Position numbers and translations under genes: made by a program
Assembly: GCF_021869535.1 (NCBI RefSeq)
Contig: NW_026262626.1
Span: forward strand, 25,668,001-25,732,000
Origin: Mytilus californianus
Lineage: Eukaryota
Direction: 5' to 3'
Length of the DNA: 64,000 bases
Notes under the pieces: model-generated
Database searches by the model: none
Told to the model about the DNA's origin: nothing
What the model saw: only the letters and a program-made list of their open reading frames with translations
In this document: piece after piece, positions 1-10,900 of the stretch
Layout: each line of letters starts with the position of its first letter
Numbering within the stretch: the stretch's first letter is position 1

Positions 1-1890
1 GACAAATTTATTACTGTTAGGAGCAAAACGCATTGTCCATGGATATTGAATTCCAAATGTTTCGATCGGAATTACACGTATTAATTTTCCATCATTTGTA
101 ATTTGGTGAATGTTCTTAGAATGACATCCAGCAATGTATATATTGCCATCAAAGTCTATTCCGATTCCTCTAGGGCCGTTCAACTGTGCATTTGTATATG
201 TAAACGTAGTTGTATCCCCTACTTCACGTGATACGGAATTTTCCCCAACTCCATATATATAATCCTTCAGATCTGATGTTGAAACATAAAACGAATGGCC
301 ACCTGTTGATTTCTGTTTCACTTTCTTCCCTGATGAGTCAACCCATGTCAGTGTGGATCCATATGGTAAAATAAATGTGCTCCCTTCCACACAGCATAAT
401 CCATGTACTGGTATACCTGATAAATCCAATGTTCGTAATAACTTCATTTCCGCAATGTCAACAAACGAAATTTTGTTTCTATTATAAATAGAAATAGCGA
501 CTTGAGTCCCGTCAACTTGTGTTATATCCAGTGGATACTTTTGTACAGATAAAGCTTCTAGAAATTTTCCATCGAGGCTGTATTTTGCAACATTACTTTT
601 GTTATAGCTCGTTATAACAAGGTATTTAGCAATGAATATTGCACTAGTTTGACTATTATTAGCAGCATTAATTCTCTGTAAAATTTTAATGCCACCACTT
701 CGAAAATTAACCTTTTCCCTAAGACTTTCAACAGACAGCGCACTTGGAAACTCTTCTTCTACTATATTTAGGCAACCAAACGATTCTGTGCTCGTTTTAA
801 ACTTCTCAATGAGTTCAGAAGGAACAAAATCAATATTCAGGTTCTTCATCATTTTCATTTCTTCTTTCATCTCCTTCTCCAGTATAGTGATTTTTGGACC
901 AATCTTGTTGACTTCCATTAAACACTGTTGGTCTGATCCTTGTTCTATAGATCGATTAAGGACTGACTGCCAGTTAGTCGATGTACTTTTATAACTCGAA
1001 AAAGCGTTAACCTCATCGGTACATTTCATGAAAACACGCTTCTTTGATGAGGCCACTTCGACCTTTATTTTCTCTTCTAATTTGTCTAAATGATCTATTA
1101 CTTCCCTTTTCAGTGTTGACACTTCTTGAATAATGTTCTCAGAGGTGGTTTCAAATTTAGTCATACTATCTTTCCGATTCTCAATTATTTTATTAAGTTC
1201 CTTATTCCTTTCGTCAAGTTTTTTAACCAAAGTAGTCGTAAGTTTGGATTGCTTTATACCTTTAGCGGCATTTACGATTGATGTCACGTTTTCACATTTG
1301 CGATGTGAAAGTGTTGCACAAAGGGTACAACATGGCTTCGAATGGTCCACACAATAAACCTCCACAATCTTCTCAGGATGTTCTTCACAACTCAAGACTT
1401 CAGATATTTTCAAATCGGAATTTCCTGACTGAATTTCATTGATTGAAATAAGCTTGTGTTTTGCTGAAACTTTGAAAGATTTATGACATTCATCGCACTG
1501 TTCACAAAATGCCTCTTCACAAGACGTACACCAAGATATTGCCTTGTTGGTCTTATCGTTAAACTGGCATGAGTTGCACAATTTTTCAGACCTTTGAATT
1601 GATCGCTTATCCAACATCGACATCACAAAATGGTTCATCGGTAATGAGGAAGCCAATGCTTCTGGTTTACTTGGTCTATTGTCGTATGATACAAATTGTC
1701 GACAAATTGGACACTTGAATCCCTCGGACTCATTTACCTTTTCAGTAGATAATATAATGTAAGTTTTAATACACGATTCACAAAAAGTATGGAGACATGG
1801 CAAATACTTCGGAATTTTGAAAGTTTCCAGACAGATTGTACACGTTAATAAATCGTCAAAATGGTCCATATCTTTTGTGGATGTCGACAT
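1..1890 (-). CDS. TRIM-family E3 ligase-like protein (RING, two B-boxes, coiled coil, NHL-like beta-propeller), intronless CDS, 3' end outside window
   Basis: Manual translation from ATG at 1890 is open for 630 codons to the window edge: RING CTICLETFKIPKYLPCLHTFCESC...CPICR; B-box1 CNSC...WCTSCEEAFCEQCDECH; B-box2 CEEHPEKIVEVYCVDHSKPCCTLCATLSHRKC; helical region; NHL-like GPRGIGIDFDGNIYIAGCHSKNIHQIT. Not in the ORF track because no stop lies inside the window. Confidence 0.93.
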   Translation of the reverse strand, partial: MSTSTKDMDHFDDLLTCTICLETFKIPKYLPCLHTFCESCIKTYIILSTEKVNESEGFKCPICRQFVSYDNRPSKPEALASSLPMNHFVMSMLDKRSIQRSEKLCNSCQFNDKTNKAISWCTSCEEAFCEQCDECHKSFKVSAKHKLISINEIQSGNSDLKISEVLSCEEHPEKIVEVYCVDHSKPCCTLCATLSHRKCENVTSIVNAAKGIKQSKLTTTLVKKLDERNKELNKIIENRKDSMTKFETTSENIIQEVSTLKREVIDHLDKLEEKIKVEVASSKKRVFMKCTDEVNAFSSYKSTSTNWQSVLNRSIEQGSDQQCLMEVNKIGPKITILEKEMKEEMKMMKNLNIDFVPSELIEKFKTSTESFGCLNIVEEEFPSALSVESLREKVNFRSGGIKILQRINAANNSQTSAIFIAKYLVITSYNKSNVAKYSLDGKFLEALSVQKYPLDITQVDGTQVAISIYNRNKISFVDIAEMKLLRTLDLSGIPVHGLCCVEGSTFILPYGSTLTWVDSSGKKVKQKSTGGHSFYVSTSDLKDYIYGVGENSVSREVGDTTTFTYTNAQLNGPRGIGIDFDGNIYIAGCHSKNIHQITNDGKLIRVIPIETFGIQYPWTMRFAPNSNKFV

Positions 1891-2964
1891 TTTAAAAATT
1901 ATAGACTTTATCCTTCCTGCTTACGTGTTTTTACATGTCAATTGATATCTGATTTAAATAGGCGTTCATAACCACTGTATGTATAGGGCCCTGCATGAAA
2001 ATGATTTTTTACTAAGTAAATGTCCGGATTTTCCGTAGAATCTAGATTTTTTTACGAAGAGATCTTGAAAAAGTAATGGAAGCGGACATTGTCGCCTTTA
2101 CAATTTAGTGCATGTTTTATAAACAGTTACACGTAATGACATTTAAAATTTATTAAATAATTTAGAAAGACTATGATAATCAACTACCGATTGAAAAATA
2201 GACTTTCAAATAGAGGGGAAAAAACGATAACGTTTAGGTCAAACAAAAAAGTATTGGAAATAAATACATCTTTTCATAGAGGCAAAATGTTATCCTATAC
2301 TACAAGTAAATCAAGATTTCGAAATTTTATGAAGTAATGAATTAAAGTATCTAAATAATCTAAACATACATTTTTTTTTCATTGTATTTAAATATCAGTC
2401 TTTACAAGAAACAATGCAAAACTTTAAAATCAAAAAATCAAAAAATCAGGCACTATTATGTATATCAAGTTAAAAAGTATATGTGTGATAGCCCGATGAG
2501 CAAGTTAACAAACGACACAAACACCAAATACATCTAGAGGGCAACATGTACATTGTCATGCAGTTTTCAGCAATCATGACTGGTGTTGTGACTGTATATT
2601 TGTTCCGCATAATATAGTTCCACATGGAACAAAATAGTATATTTTACAAAAGTTCCTGACAACTAAAATTACATGATGTTTATTCCTTCTTCATAAAATA
2701 AATTCCTGCCGGAACATAAAGCCCTATAAAATTTGTTCCTAGAATGACTGAACATAATACAATAGAGCGTTGTTTAAAGGTCATAATAAAAGATGCATGT
2801 ATATCATGTGATTGTTTACACCTGAGTGCATTAAAAAGTAATTAACCTTTAAACATTAATGATTCTGATAACTTATCCTATTTTTTTTATTAATATGTGT
2901 ATTTTTGTGTATCAGTTAAAATAAATATTCTTGCAATTCTGTGACATAATAAAAATTATTATAA

Positions 2965-3142
2965 TAACATAATTATTATTCCTGGACATTCGGTTACATA
3001 TATAATCGTGATAATCATTATTCAAGGAACTTCTCTTATATAAAAATCACACCTGGAAGTTCTATTACATAATTATTATTTCAGGAACTTCTCTTACACA
3101 GAGATTATTCCTGGAATTTCTATTACATAATTATTATTCCAG
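2965..3142. repeat. Degenerate AT-rich minisatellite abutting the truncated Penelope end
   Basis: Repeated ataattattattcc(t/a)ggaa / ttctattacataattattat blocks; ends at the PLE junction at 3143. Confidence 0.55.
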
Positions 3143-5171
3143 CATTGCAAAATATCCTATAGTTATTTTCGGTTGCCTTACTGTGAAAAGTTGATGAGTG
3201 ATGCATCTGTAGGCAGCATTTGCAGCGTTTTTCATCACACGAACGACATTCTCCAGAAGTACTTCTATTATCAGACACTTCAGCCCGCACCAGCAGGTTC
3301 CGCAGACCATTGGGTTGCCTAAAATCTATCATGGGAGGCTCGGGAAAAATCTTGGATAGTTTGGAATTCTTTTCAAATGTTTTCCAATGCTCACGAATGA
3401 CACCGGAGCTGTTTTTGAGAGATGGGTGGTAAGTAAGAACACATGGAGTCCTTTTATCTTTCTTTTTATATTTGTATTCTAACAGTTTACTCCTTGGAAT
3501 AGTTTCCGCTTTCTGAAAACCTTTTTGGATAGTTCTGTGTTTGTAGCCCCTTCTCTTCAAGCGGGTTTCGAGTTGACGTAGTTGTTTTTTAGTTGTTTCT
3601 GTGTTGGAACATATTCGCTTGACTCTGATTGCCTGACTGTACAGGATGCTCTTAGTACAATGAGCAGGATGGCAACTTTTAGGGGACAGATATTGGTGAG
3701 TGTCAGTAGGCTTAGAATATAGATCAGTGGATATGGTGCCATCTGTGAGCGAGCTGGAGGTATCGAGGAAGGTGATTTTGGATTTAGATTTCTCATGAAT
3801 AAATTTGATACTTGGATGTATGTTGTAAGCATGAGTGATGAATGTTTCTAAATCCTCGTCACTTTTATTCCATTTCATATCCACATCATCTATCAATCTA
3901 AACCAGGAAAGCGGTTTTTCGATGGAAGATTCAAGGAATTGTTTTTCTAATGTGCCTATAAATATGTTGGCATATGATGGAGCCATATTGGTGCCATTAA
4001 CTTGCAGATATTGATCTCCATCAAAAGTGAAGTTGTTGTTTTTTAGTACCAGCGTGAGCATTTTGACCAGGCATTCAGTAGGTGGATATTTCACTGGTCG
4101 GGAATTCCAAACTTCTTTACATGCATCAATGCCATCTGCATGTGGAATATTCGTGTAGAGGGAGGTGACGTCCATAGAAACAAGTGTCGTGTCGGAGGGG
4201 AGTGGATTTAAGGCCTGCAAATTTCTAAGATGATCGGTAGTATCTTTGATGTGAGATGGTAAGTCTTCAACATGTTGACGAAGATGGAAGTCAACAAATT
4301 CCGATATTGTTTCCGTCGGATGACCGTTCGCTGAAACTATAGGTCTTCCTAGGTTATTGGCCTTATGAATTTTAGGTAAAAGATAAAATCTGCCCGGTTT
4401 TGGATTTTCTGGTTTCAAATATTCAAGAGTCTTTTCATCGATGAAACCATCGTTGTGCAATTCTACCAAACTATCAGTTATTTCTCTGCTAAAAGATGTT
4501 GTAGGATCAGAGTCTAGTTTTTGGTAGAACCTTGCATCGCCAAGTCGTCGTTCAGCCTCTTGAATATAGGCAGATTTATCCATGACAACCACTGCACTGC
4601 CTTTGTCTGCAGGTTTAATGACGATATTGTCGTTAGATCGTAAGTTTTTCGGTGCAGTTAGTTCTTCATTGGTAAGATTGTCAAAAGGTTTAATGTTATT
4701 TCTAGTATTTCTAATAATGTCCGACTTAAAATTGTCAATAAATGATTCCAAGGTGGCATTTTTTGGTCGGTTTAGGGATCCAAGTACTCTTTTTTATAAA
4801 TTTGTAGTTGTTCTCGTCTTCTGAAATTTCTGAGTCGCTATCCGAGCTTCTGTTGTTATTCTCCTTCGACGCGAAATATTCCTTAATGCGTAGACTTCTG
4901 GCAAAATTGTCAAGGTCTTCCGACAATTTAGTTTCATTGACAGGGGCAGGTAGAGGACAGAAATGTAAGCCTCTCGAGAGAAGAGATGTTTCAGCTTCCG
5001 TTAACTGGTGTTTGGAAAGATTGACCACAATGTTGGAGGGCGAATCAGTCTCTAGTGACCTACGTTTAAAGCGTCTTACTCGTTTTCTCTTTTTTCAGAC
5101 GGTAAAGAAGGATGGATATGTTCGATGCCATCCCTACGGAATTTTCTTTTCTGCCTTTCACTCAAATTTTT
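3143..5171 (-). mobile_element. Penelope-like element (PLE) copy 1: N-terminal region plus RT, frameshifted, truncated before the GIY-YIG domain
   Basis: ORFs 4735-5028 (VVNLSKHQLTEAETSLLSRGLHFCP) and 3123-4751 (KPADKG, FYLLPKIHK, GRPIVS, MDVTSLYTNIP, LIDD) are joined by a 1-nt frameshift near 4760; a second frameshift lies near 5085; sequence stops at RIFCN (3143). Confidence 0.92.
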
Positions 5172-7200
5172 AACGACAACTTGGCGATGCAAGGTTCTAC
5201 CAAAAACTAGACTCTGATCCTACAACATCTTTTAGCAGAGAAATAACTGATAGTTTGGTAGAAATGCACAACGATGGTTTCATCGATGAAAAGACTCTTG
5301 AATATTTGAAACCAGAAAATCCAAAACCGGGCAGATTTTATCTTTTACCTAAAATTCATAAGGTTAATAACCCAGGAAGACCTATAGTTTCAGCGAACGG
5401 TCATCCGACGGAAAAAATATCGGAATTCGTTGACTTCCATCTTCGTCAACATGTTGAAGACTTACCATCTCACATCAAAGATACTACCGATTATCTTAGA
5501 AAATTGCAGGCCTTAAATCCACTCCCCTCCGACACGACACTTGTTTCTATGGACGTCACCTCCCTCTACACAAATATTCCACATGCAGATGGCATTGATG
5601 CATGTAAAGAAGTTTGGAATTCCCGACCAGTGAAATATCCACCTACTGAATGCCTGGTCAAAATGCTCACGCTGGTACTAAAAAACAACAACTTCACTTT
5701 TGATGGAGATCATTATCTGCAAGTTAATGGAACTGCTATGGGCACCAAAATGGCTCCATCATATGCCAACATATTTATGGGCAAATTAGAACAACAACTC
5801 CTTGAATCTTCCATCGAAAAACCGCTTTCCTGGTTTAGATTTATAGATGATGTGGATATGAAATGGAATAAAAGGGACGAGGATTTAGATACATTCATCA
5901 CTCATGCCAACAACATACATCCAAGTATCAAATTTACTCATGAGAAATCTAAATCCAAAATCACCTTCCTCGATACCTCCAGCTCGCTCACAGATGGCAT
6001 CATAACCACTGATCTATATTCTAAGCCTACTGACACTCACCAATATCTGTCCCCTAAAAGTTGCCATCCTGCTCATTGTACTAAGAGCATCCCGTACAGT
6101 CAGGCACTCAGAGTCAAGCGAATATGTTCCAACACAGAAACAACTAAAAAACAACTACGTCAACTCGAAACCCGCTTGAAGAGAAGGGGCTACAAACACA
6201 GAACTATCCAAAAAGGTTTTCAGAAAGCGGAAACTATTCCAAGGAGTAAACTGTTAGAATACAAATATAAAAAGAAAAATAAAAGGACTCAATGTGTTCT
6301 TACTTACCACCCATCTCTCAAAAACAGCTCCGGTGTCATTCGTGAGCATTGGAAAACAGTTGAAAAGAATTCCAAACTATCCAAGATTTTTCCCGAGCCT
6401 CCCATGATAGCTTTTAGGCAACCCAATAGTCTGCGGAACCTGCTGGTGCGGGCTGAAGTGTCTGATAATAGAAGTACTTCTGGAGAATGTCGTTCGTGTG
6501 ATGAAAAACGCTGCAAATGCTGCCTACAGATGCATCACTCATCAACTTTTCACAGTAAGGCAACCAAAAATAACTATAGGATATTTTGCAATGTTAACTG
6601 CAAAAGTATGAATGTAATTTACATTCTAGAATGTTCGGTTTGTGGCCTCCAATATGTTGGTGAGTCAAAGCAGCCTTTCCACAAACGCCTCAATGGCCAT
6701 AGGAGTGATATCTCTAAGAAGCCACTTCTCCCAGTTTCTCAGAATTTCAGACAGTCTGGTCACAAACTTGATGACTTTAACCGCATGAAGATCCTAGTGA
6801 TTGAACAGAACATTCACTGGAGTGATGCCCAGCGACAAGTTCGGGAAAGCTTTTGGATAAAGGAACTAAATGTACATCATCCAAACCATTTTTTGCAAAC
6901 GGCATCAATAAAAAATACTAAGTTTTATTTTTCACTCATTTTGGGATGTAAATATACACAGTCATGTATATTTGAGTATTGAGTTTTGTTTTATATTATG
7001 ATGTTCAGGATTTTGGATTAAATCACTAGACCAAAACTTACCTGTATTACTGAGCTATTTTTATACATATAATCAGTATTGTTAAAATTATTGACACTGA
7101 AGAAGGCTATTTGTTAAGCCGAAATATTTGTCAACACGATTTAATAACAACATCTTCGTATAATACCATCTTATATTAGTTTCGTTGTGCAAATCTCTAG
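5172..7200 (+). mobile_element. PLE copy 2 (Neptune-like layout): 5'-truncated RT, Zn-finger linker, GIY-YIG endonuclease and 3' UTR
   Basis: ORF 5255-6982: GTAMGTKMAPSYANIFMG, WFRFIDD, CRSCDEKRCKCC linker, NVIYILECSVCGLQYVGES...RLNGH...RESFWIKEL. The 3' end is approximate. Confidence 0.93.
7091..7134 (+). ncRNA. Minimal type I hammerhead ribozyme motif in the PLE 3' UTR
   Basis: TTGACA-CTGAAGA-A-GGCT(ATTTGTTA)AGCC-GAAA-TA-TT-TGTCAA: 6-bp stem I, CUGANGA and GAAA cores, 4-bp stem II, rudimentary stem III. PLEs are known to carry such motifs. Confidence 0.8.
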
Positions 7201-7322
7201 ACTTATATAATTTTTTTTCTTATCTGCACAGTATCGTCTATTCTAGACGATCCGGTACATAGTAAATTTGCTGGTTGGTCCTTTTTATAGACTTCTATAT
7301 ATATATATATATATATCTGTGT

Positions 7323-7484
7323 GTTCCAAAGAACTTTTATTATATAACAAAAGTTCCAATAGGAACTATCATTATAGAATATTTTATCCAGACTGTAAGA
7401 AATTTTCTTATGGCAATGTATAAGATATTATATGGTGAAAGTTCCGATTGGAACTTTTGTTATGTAACAAAAGTTCTTTGGAAC
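7323..7484. mobile_element. Small palindromic MITE-like element next to an (AT)n tract (7297-7316)
   Basis: 44-bp arms 7323-7366 and 7441-7484 are near reverse complements, and each arm is itself a hairpin. Confidence 0.6.
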
Positions 7485-9659
7485 AAATATTATGGTGGAA
7501 CTTAAATTCTGTCACAGTGTGAATAAAAAACAAAAACCAAGTCAAAATGTATTTGCATTACCTTGTGTCTTGTCTTCACGAATTTCACTCAATGTAATAT
7601 TCGCAAGTCTCCTCAACTGCTAAACATTAGAGAAAACTTCGATTCCTAGATAGTATACGAAGTATCAAAAAACAAAACGAAGTCAGCAGCCGGCATGTTA
7701 TCTTAATGCAATGCTTATTTATATTGAAAGATCCATAATTTATAAGAAACTTTAATAACTTACAGTGCTGTATATGATTTTTGTATTATTTTGTAACTGA
7801 TTTTTTAACATATTTTTATATTGATGATTGTATATGTACACCTATGTGTGTCTTCGCGTTTCTTTGTAATAGCAATCTAGAAATCTATATACATGCCAGT
7901 CTGTCCCTATTTTATTCCTTCTTCAAAGCATGGAAGTAATATTGAAAGGAATAACAACAACGCCAGTTCAAAGGTTTCATCTGCGTTACCGCCTATCTTT
8001 CGATTACTCGTTAATCAGTTTACGATATGGAATGGTAGTTGCTTCTCCGCATGTGATCGATCAAATCACTGACACTTTTCGGTTGTTTTCGTGTTCACGG
8101 AAAATTACGAACAGACAAGTTGTTGTCGTATATACGTGCGAAGTAACCCGAATAGTCCACTCGTTACATTCCGCTGATGTACGCTGACGAATAGAGTAAT
8201 TCGTTCAATGTTGATTTTAGTCTAATTTTCCTATTTCTGTTTATTTCGATCTTTTAAAATAGTTTAAGCCGACAGCTAGCACATATGAAATTGGAGAACA
8301 TGGGTGGATCGTTTTCAATTTTAATATTTACAGACAGTTAAATATTTAAGAATATGAGTGTACAAAAAATATGTCCCCCTTTTATCAAATATGAATAATC
8401 CAAGTCATGCGTGTATACCAGTCAATTAAAATATTCACAAACGTTTCTATTCTTTAAACTAACTCGTATAAATGAATTTGCGGTTAGGCAGATAGGGTCC
8501 AGCTCATTTTGTCTGTTTTTTTTTGTTTTTTTTGTTGTAGCGTGTTATATTAACTGTATTAAAACACTTTTTTAAAATAGATATTAATTTATGAACTTAT
8601 TATCCCGATTTTAGTTGTCCAGTTGCAATAATGTAATCAATGACATTTATTACATATACATAAATTTAAAATATTTGAAGGTAAATATCCTTTTTTAAAT
8701 CTCGATAAACTTTGCACATTAATATTTCAACAGTAAAAAAATCTATGTCTTCATTTGTCTTCATTATTTTGTTATACATCATGTGAAACCTGATCGCATC
8801 ATCGTTATTACCTGTTTTACTCGGGATCCGCTTTCAATCGGAAAATGCTTTTAGATCAGTTTAAAACGAAAGGTAAAAAGCAAAAATATGCAAAAATAAA
8901 TACAATTTTCCATGTTTAATTGCTGTAGTGTAAACAATTCTCGTCCGTTTCTCAAGATTTTTACATCATTCGATTTCTTTTTGAAGGTAGAAGTTTTATA
9001 TGATACAGCGCCACCTTGTTAATTAATAAACTAGGATTTCCCACAGGTGCTTTATAATTACCGTACTCGATAAAATCACATGACTGATAAGAAATTCCAG
9101 ATGCCATTTTACAAACGCGGTATCACAGATAGTAACCAAAGGGGTCTTGCCGCTCAGACTATAATTGGATAAAATCATATGACTTTAGTACAGAGCTCTG
9201 CATGCCATTAATACATGCTAATAAGTCGTTGTTATTCCTTTTAAATATTCAAAGTTCAAAGTAAAGAAGAAAATGTGCTGACTACCGATTTGCTTTGATT
9301 TATTTTTTATCATTTTTGGCTTATGAATTCGAAATTATTGATCGCGAATGTTAACAAATGATAGGCAGTTCCTTAATTTGGGATTGCAGAGGAGTATTGA
9401 TGAATCGAAACTGTTAAATCTTGATTTTGAACTAGACATTTTCTACTGAAACTTCGTACTACATAGTAGTCTCAGGTTTCCGACGTACTTAGTGTTTTTA
9501 TTGTTCTTATTAAAATGATGATATAATAAGATTTACCCAACCCAGGGACATATAATATGTGTATTGAGATATTTTAGTATATTTGTCGTGTCTGAAATAG
9601 TCAGGAATGTTTCAATTTAGTTTTGTGATGCATATAAATATTGGAGGTGCACCAGTTCG

Positions 9660-10149
9660 ATGCGGTGGAAATACTATACACGAATAAGAACAACAATACC
9701 CGTTTCTTTCCCTCTCATAAAACATACCTTTTCAAGAATGAGAATTTCTATACTACATAAAGTCTTTCTAGGATATCAGAGAAAGTATTCGACCTGTCAA
9801 GATAAACAAATATGGGAAATTATGAAGAATTCTTTGGATGGATACAGAGATATTTGGTTTATGCCTCTTCGCCTGCAAGATTTCATGTTAGGGGCGAATT
9901 TTTTACATGCATCTTTGGATGTTGATCAGTATTTTAGAGATTTATGTATCGAAGATTTTCGAGATCCACAAACAGTAACAAACAATGACACACATCCAAG
10001 AATTGTGAAACCATACCTAATTCCATTCAAATCATTGTTTCATAGCGGATTTGATGCTTTACAAAAGAAAATTGATAAAAGTCACATTGATTCATCCTTG
10101 CTCTCATATGCAACTGAAACACTTGTTTCTGGGTTTTTATATAGAAAAG
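9660..10149 (+). CDS. Uncharacterised gene, coding exon 1 of 3
   Basis: ORF from ATG 9660; donor AAG|GTAAGT at 10150 (phase 1). Confidence 0.72.
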
Positions 10150-10266
10150 GTAAGTATCACCTGGTAATTTCATTCATCCTGGCCAAACCTCCTCTTTGCA
10201 TCAGTAATTCAATCCATGAACCCCTCATACCTGTCAACCTATGACAATGAAAATGCAGGTGATGAC

Positions 10267-10900
10267 TGGTAGGTCTTTTCACCAACGAACACCGCCGAAC
10301 ACCACCGCACACCCCAAAAATTATTTTTTTTTATCTCTTATTGTTATAAATGTGACCTAAATATAATTTTTAAGTTATTAATTCAACCACCTGGTAAATT
10401 TTATAGGTCAGATCCGGCCTTTAAGAGAACAAATACATGTATCTACATCGAACAGAAAAGGAGAGTCTATAACACCACAACTCTGCAAACCACCACTGGA
10501 CACCTCAAATAATGTTTTTCTTCATTTTTTTTCTTCTATTATTAAATAGTTGTACCAATAATAAGAAAAGAGACATGAACAAATATTAAATATTTCGGAT
10601 AACTAATATCCTTCATCAGTAATTGATGTCAAATGATTCTCATACACACACAATGTAATCCGGAAAAATAGTCATGAATCCGGAGACGTTTTTCTTTATA
10701 TTGATTATATTGATAATCGTCTTTAACAGAAAAATGATGCACATAAACATCTAAAAATTTGTTAAATTAGATGTAATTTAATTGATTTTACCGTCTTATT
10801 GTATAAAATCACTGATTTTCTTAGTGGTTGATGGTTTTTTTTGGGTGTTCGGCAGTGTTCGGTGGTGTGCCGTGGTGTTCGGTGGTGAAAAGACCCACCC
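10267..10900. mobile_element. MULE-like MITE nested in the 10226-11650 element
   Basis: TIRs GGTAGGTCTTTTCACCAACGAACACC / GGTGTTCGGTGGTGAAAAGACCCACC; 9-bp TSD GGTGATGAC at 10258-10266 and 10901-10909. Confidence 0.75.
10572..10630 (-). ncRNA. Minimal type I hammerhead ribozyme motif
   Basis: Minus strand reads GACAT-CA-ATTA-CTGATGA-A-GGATA(TTAGT)TATCC-GAAA-TA-TT-TAAT-ATTTGTTC-ATGTC: intact core, 5-bp stem II, stem I with an internal loop. Confidence 0.75.

Noticed and set aside
326-345. CTGATGAG near the window start
   Set aside because: It lies within the TRIM coding sequence and has no GAAA or stems; a chance match.
689-1357. Plus-strand ORFs 689-994 and 1133-1357
   Set aside because: They are antisense shadows of the TRIM CDS.
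3220-6516. Short ORFs overlapping the PLE copies (e.g. MQRFSSHERH..., twice)
   Set aside because: They are antisense or off-frame readings of the RT ORF, duplicated only because of the inverted repeat.
7930-8187. 85-aa ORF in a CpG-richer region
   Set aside because: It has no recognisable motif or splice partners and is more likely regulatory or UTR sequence.
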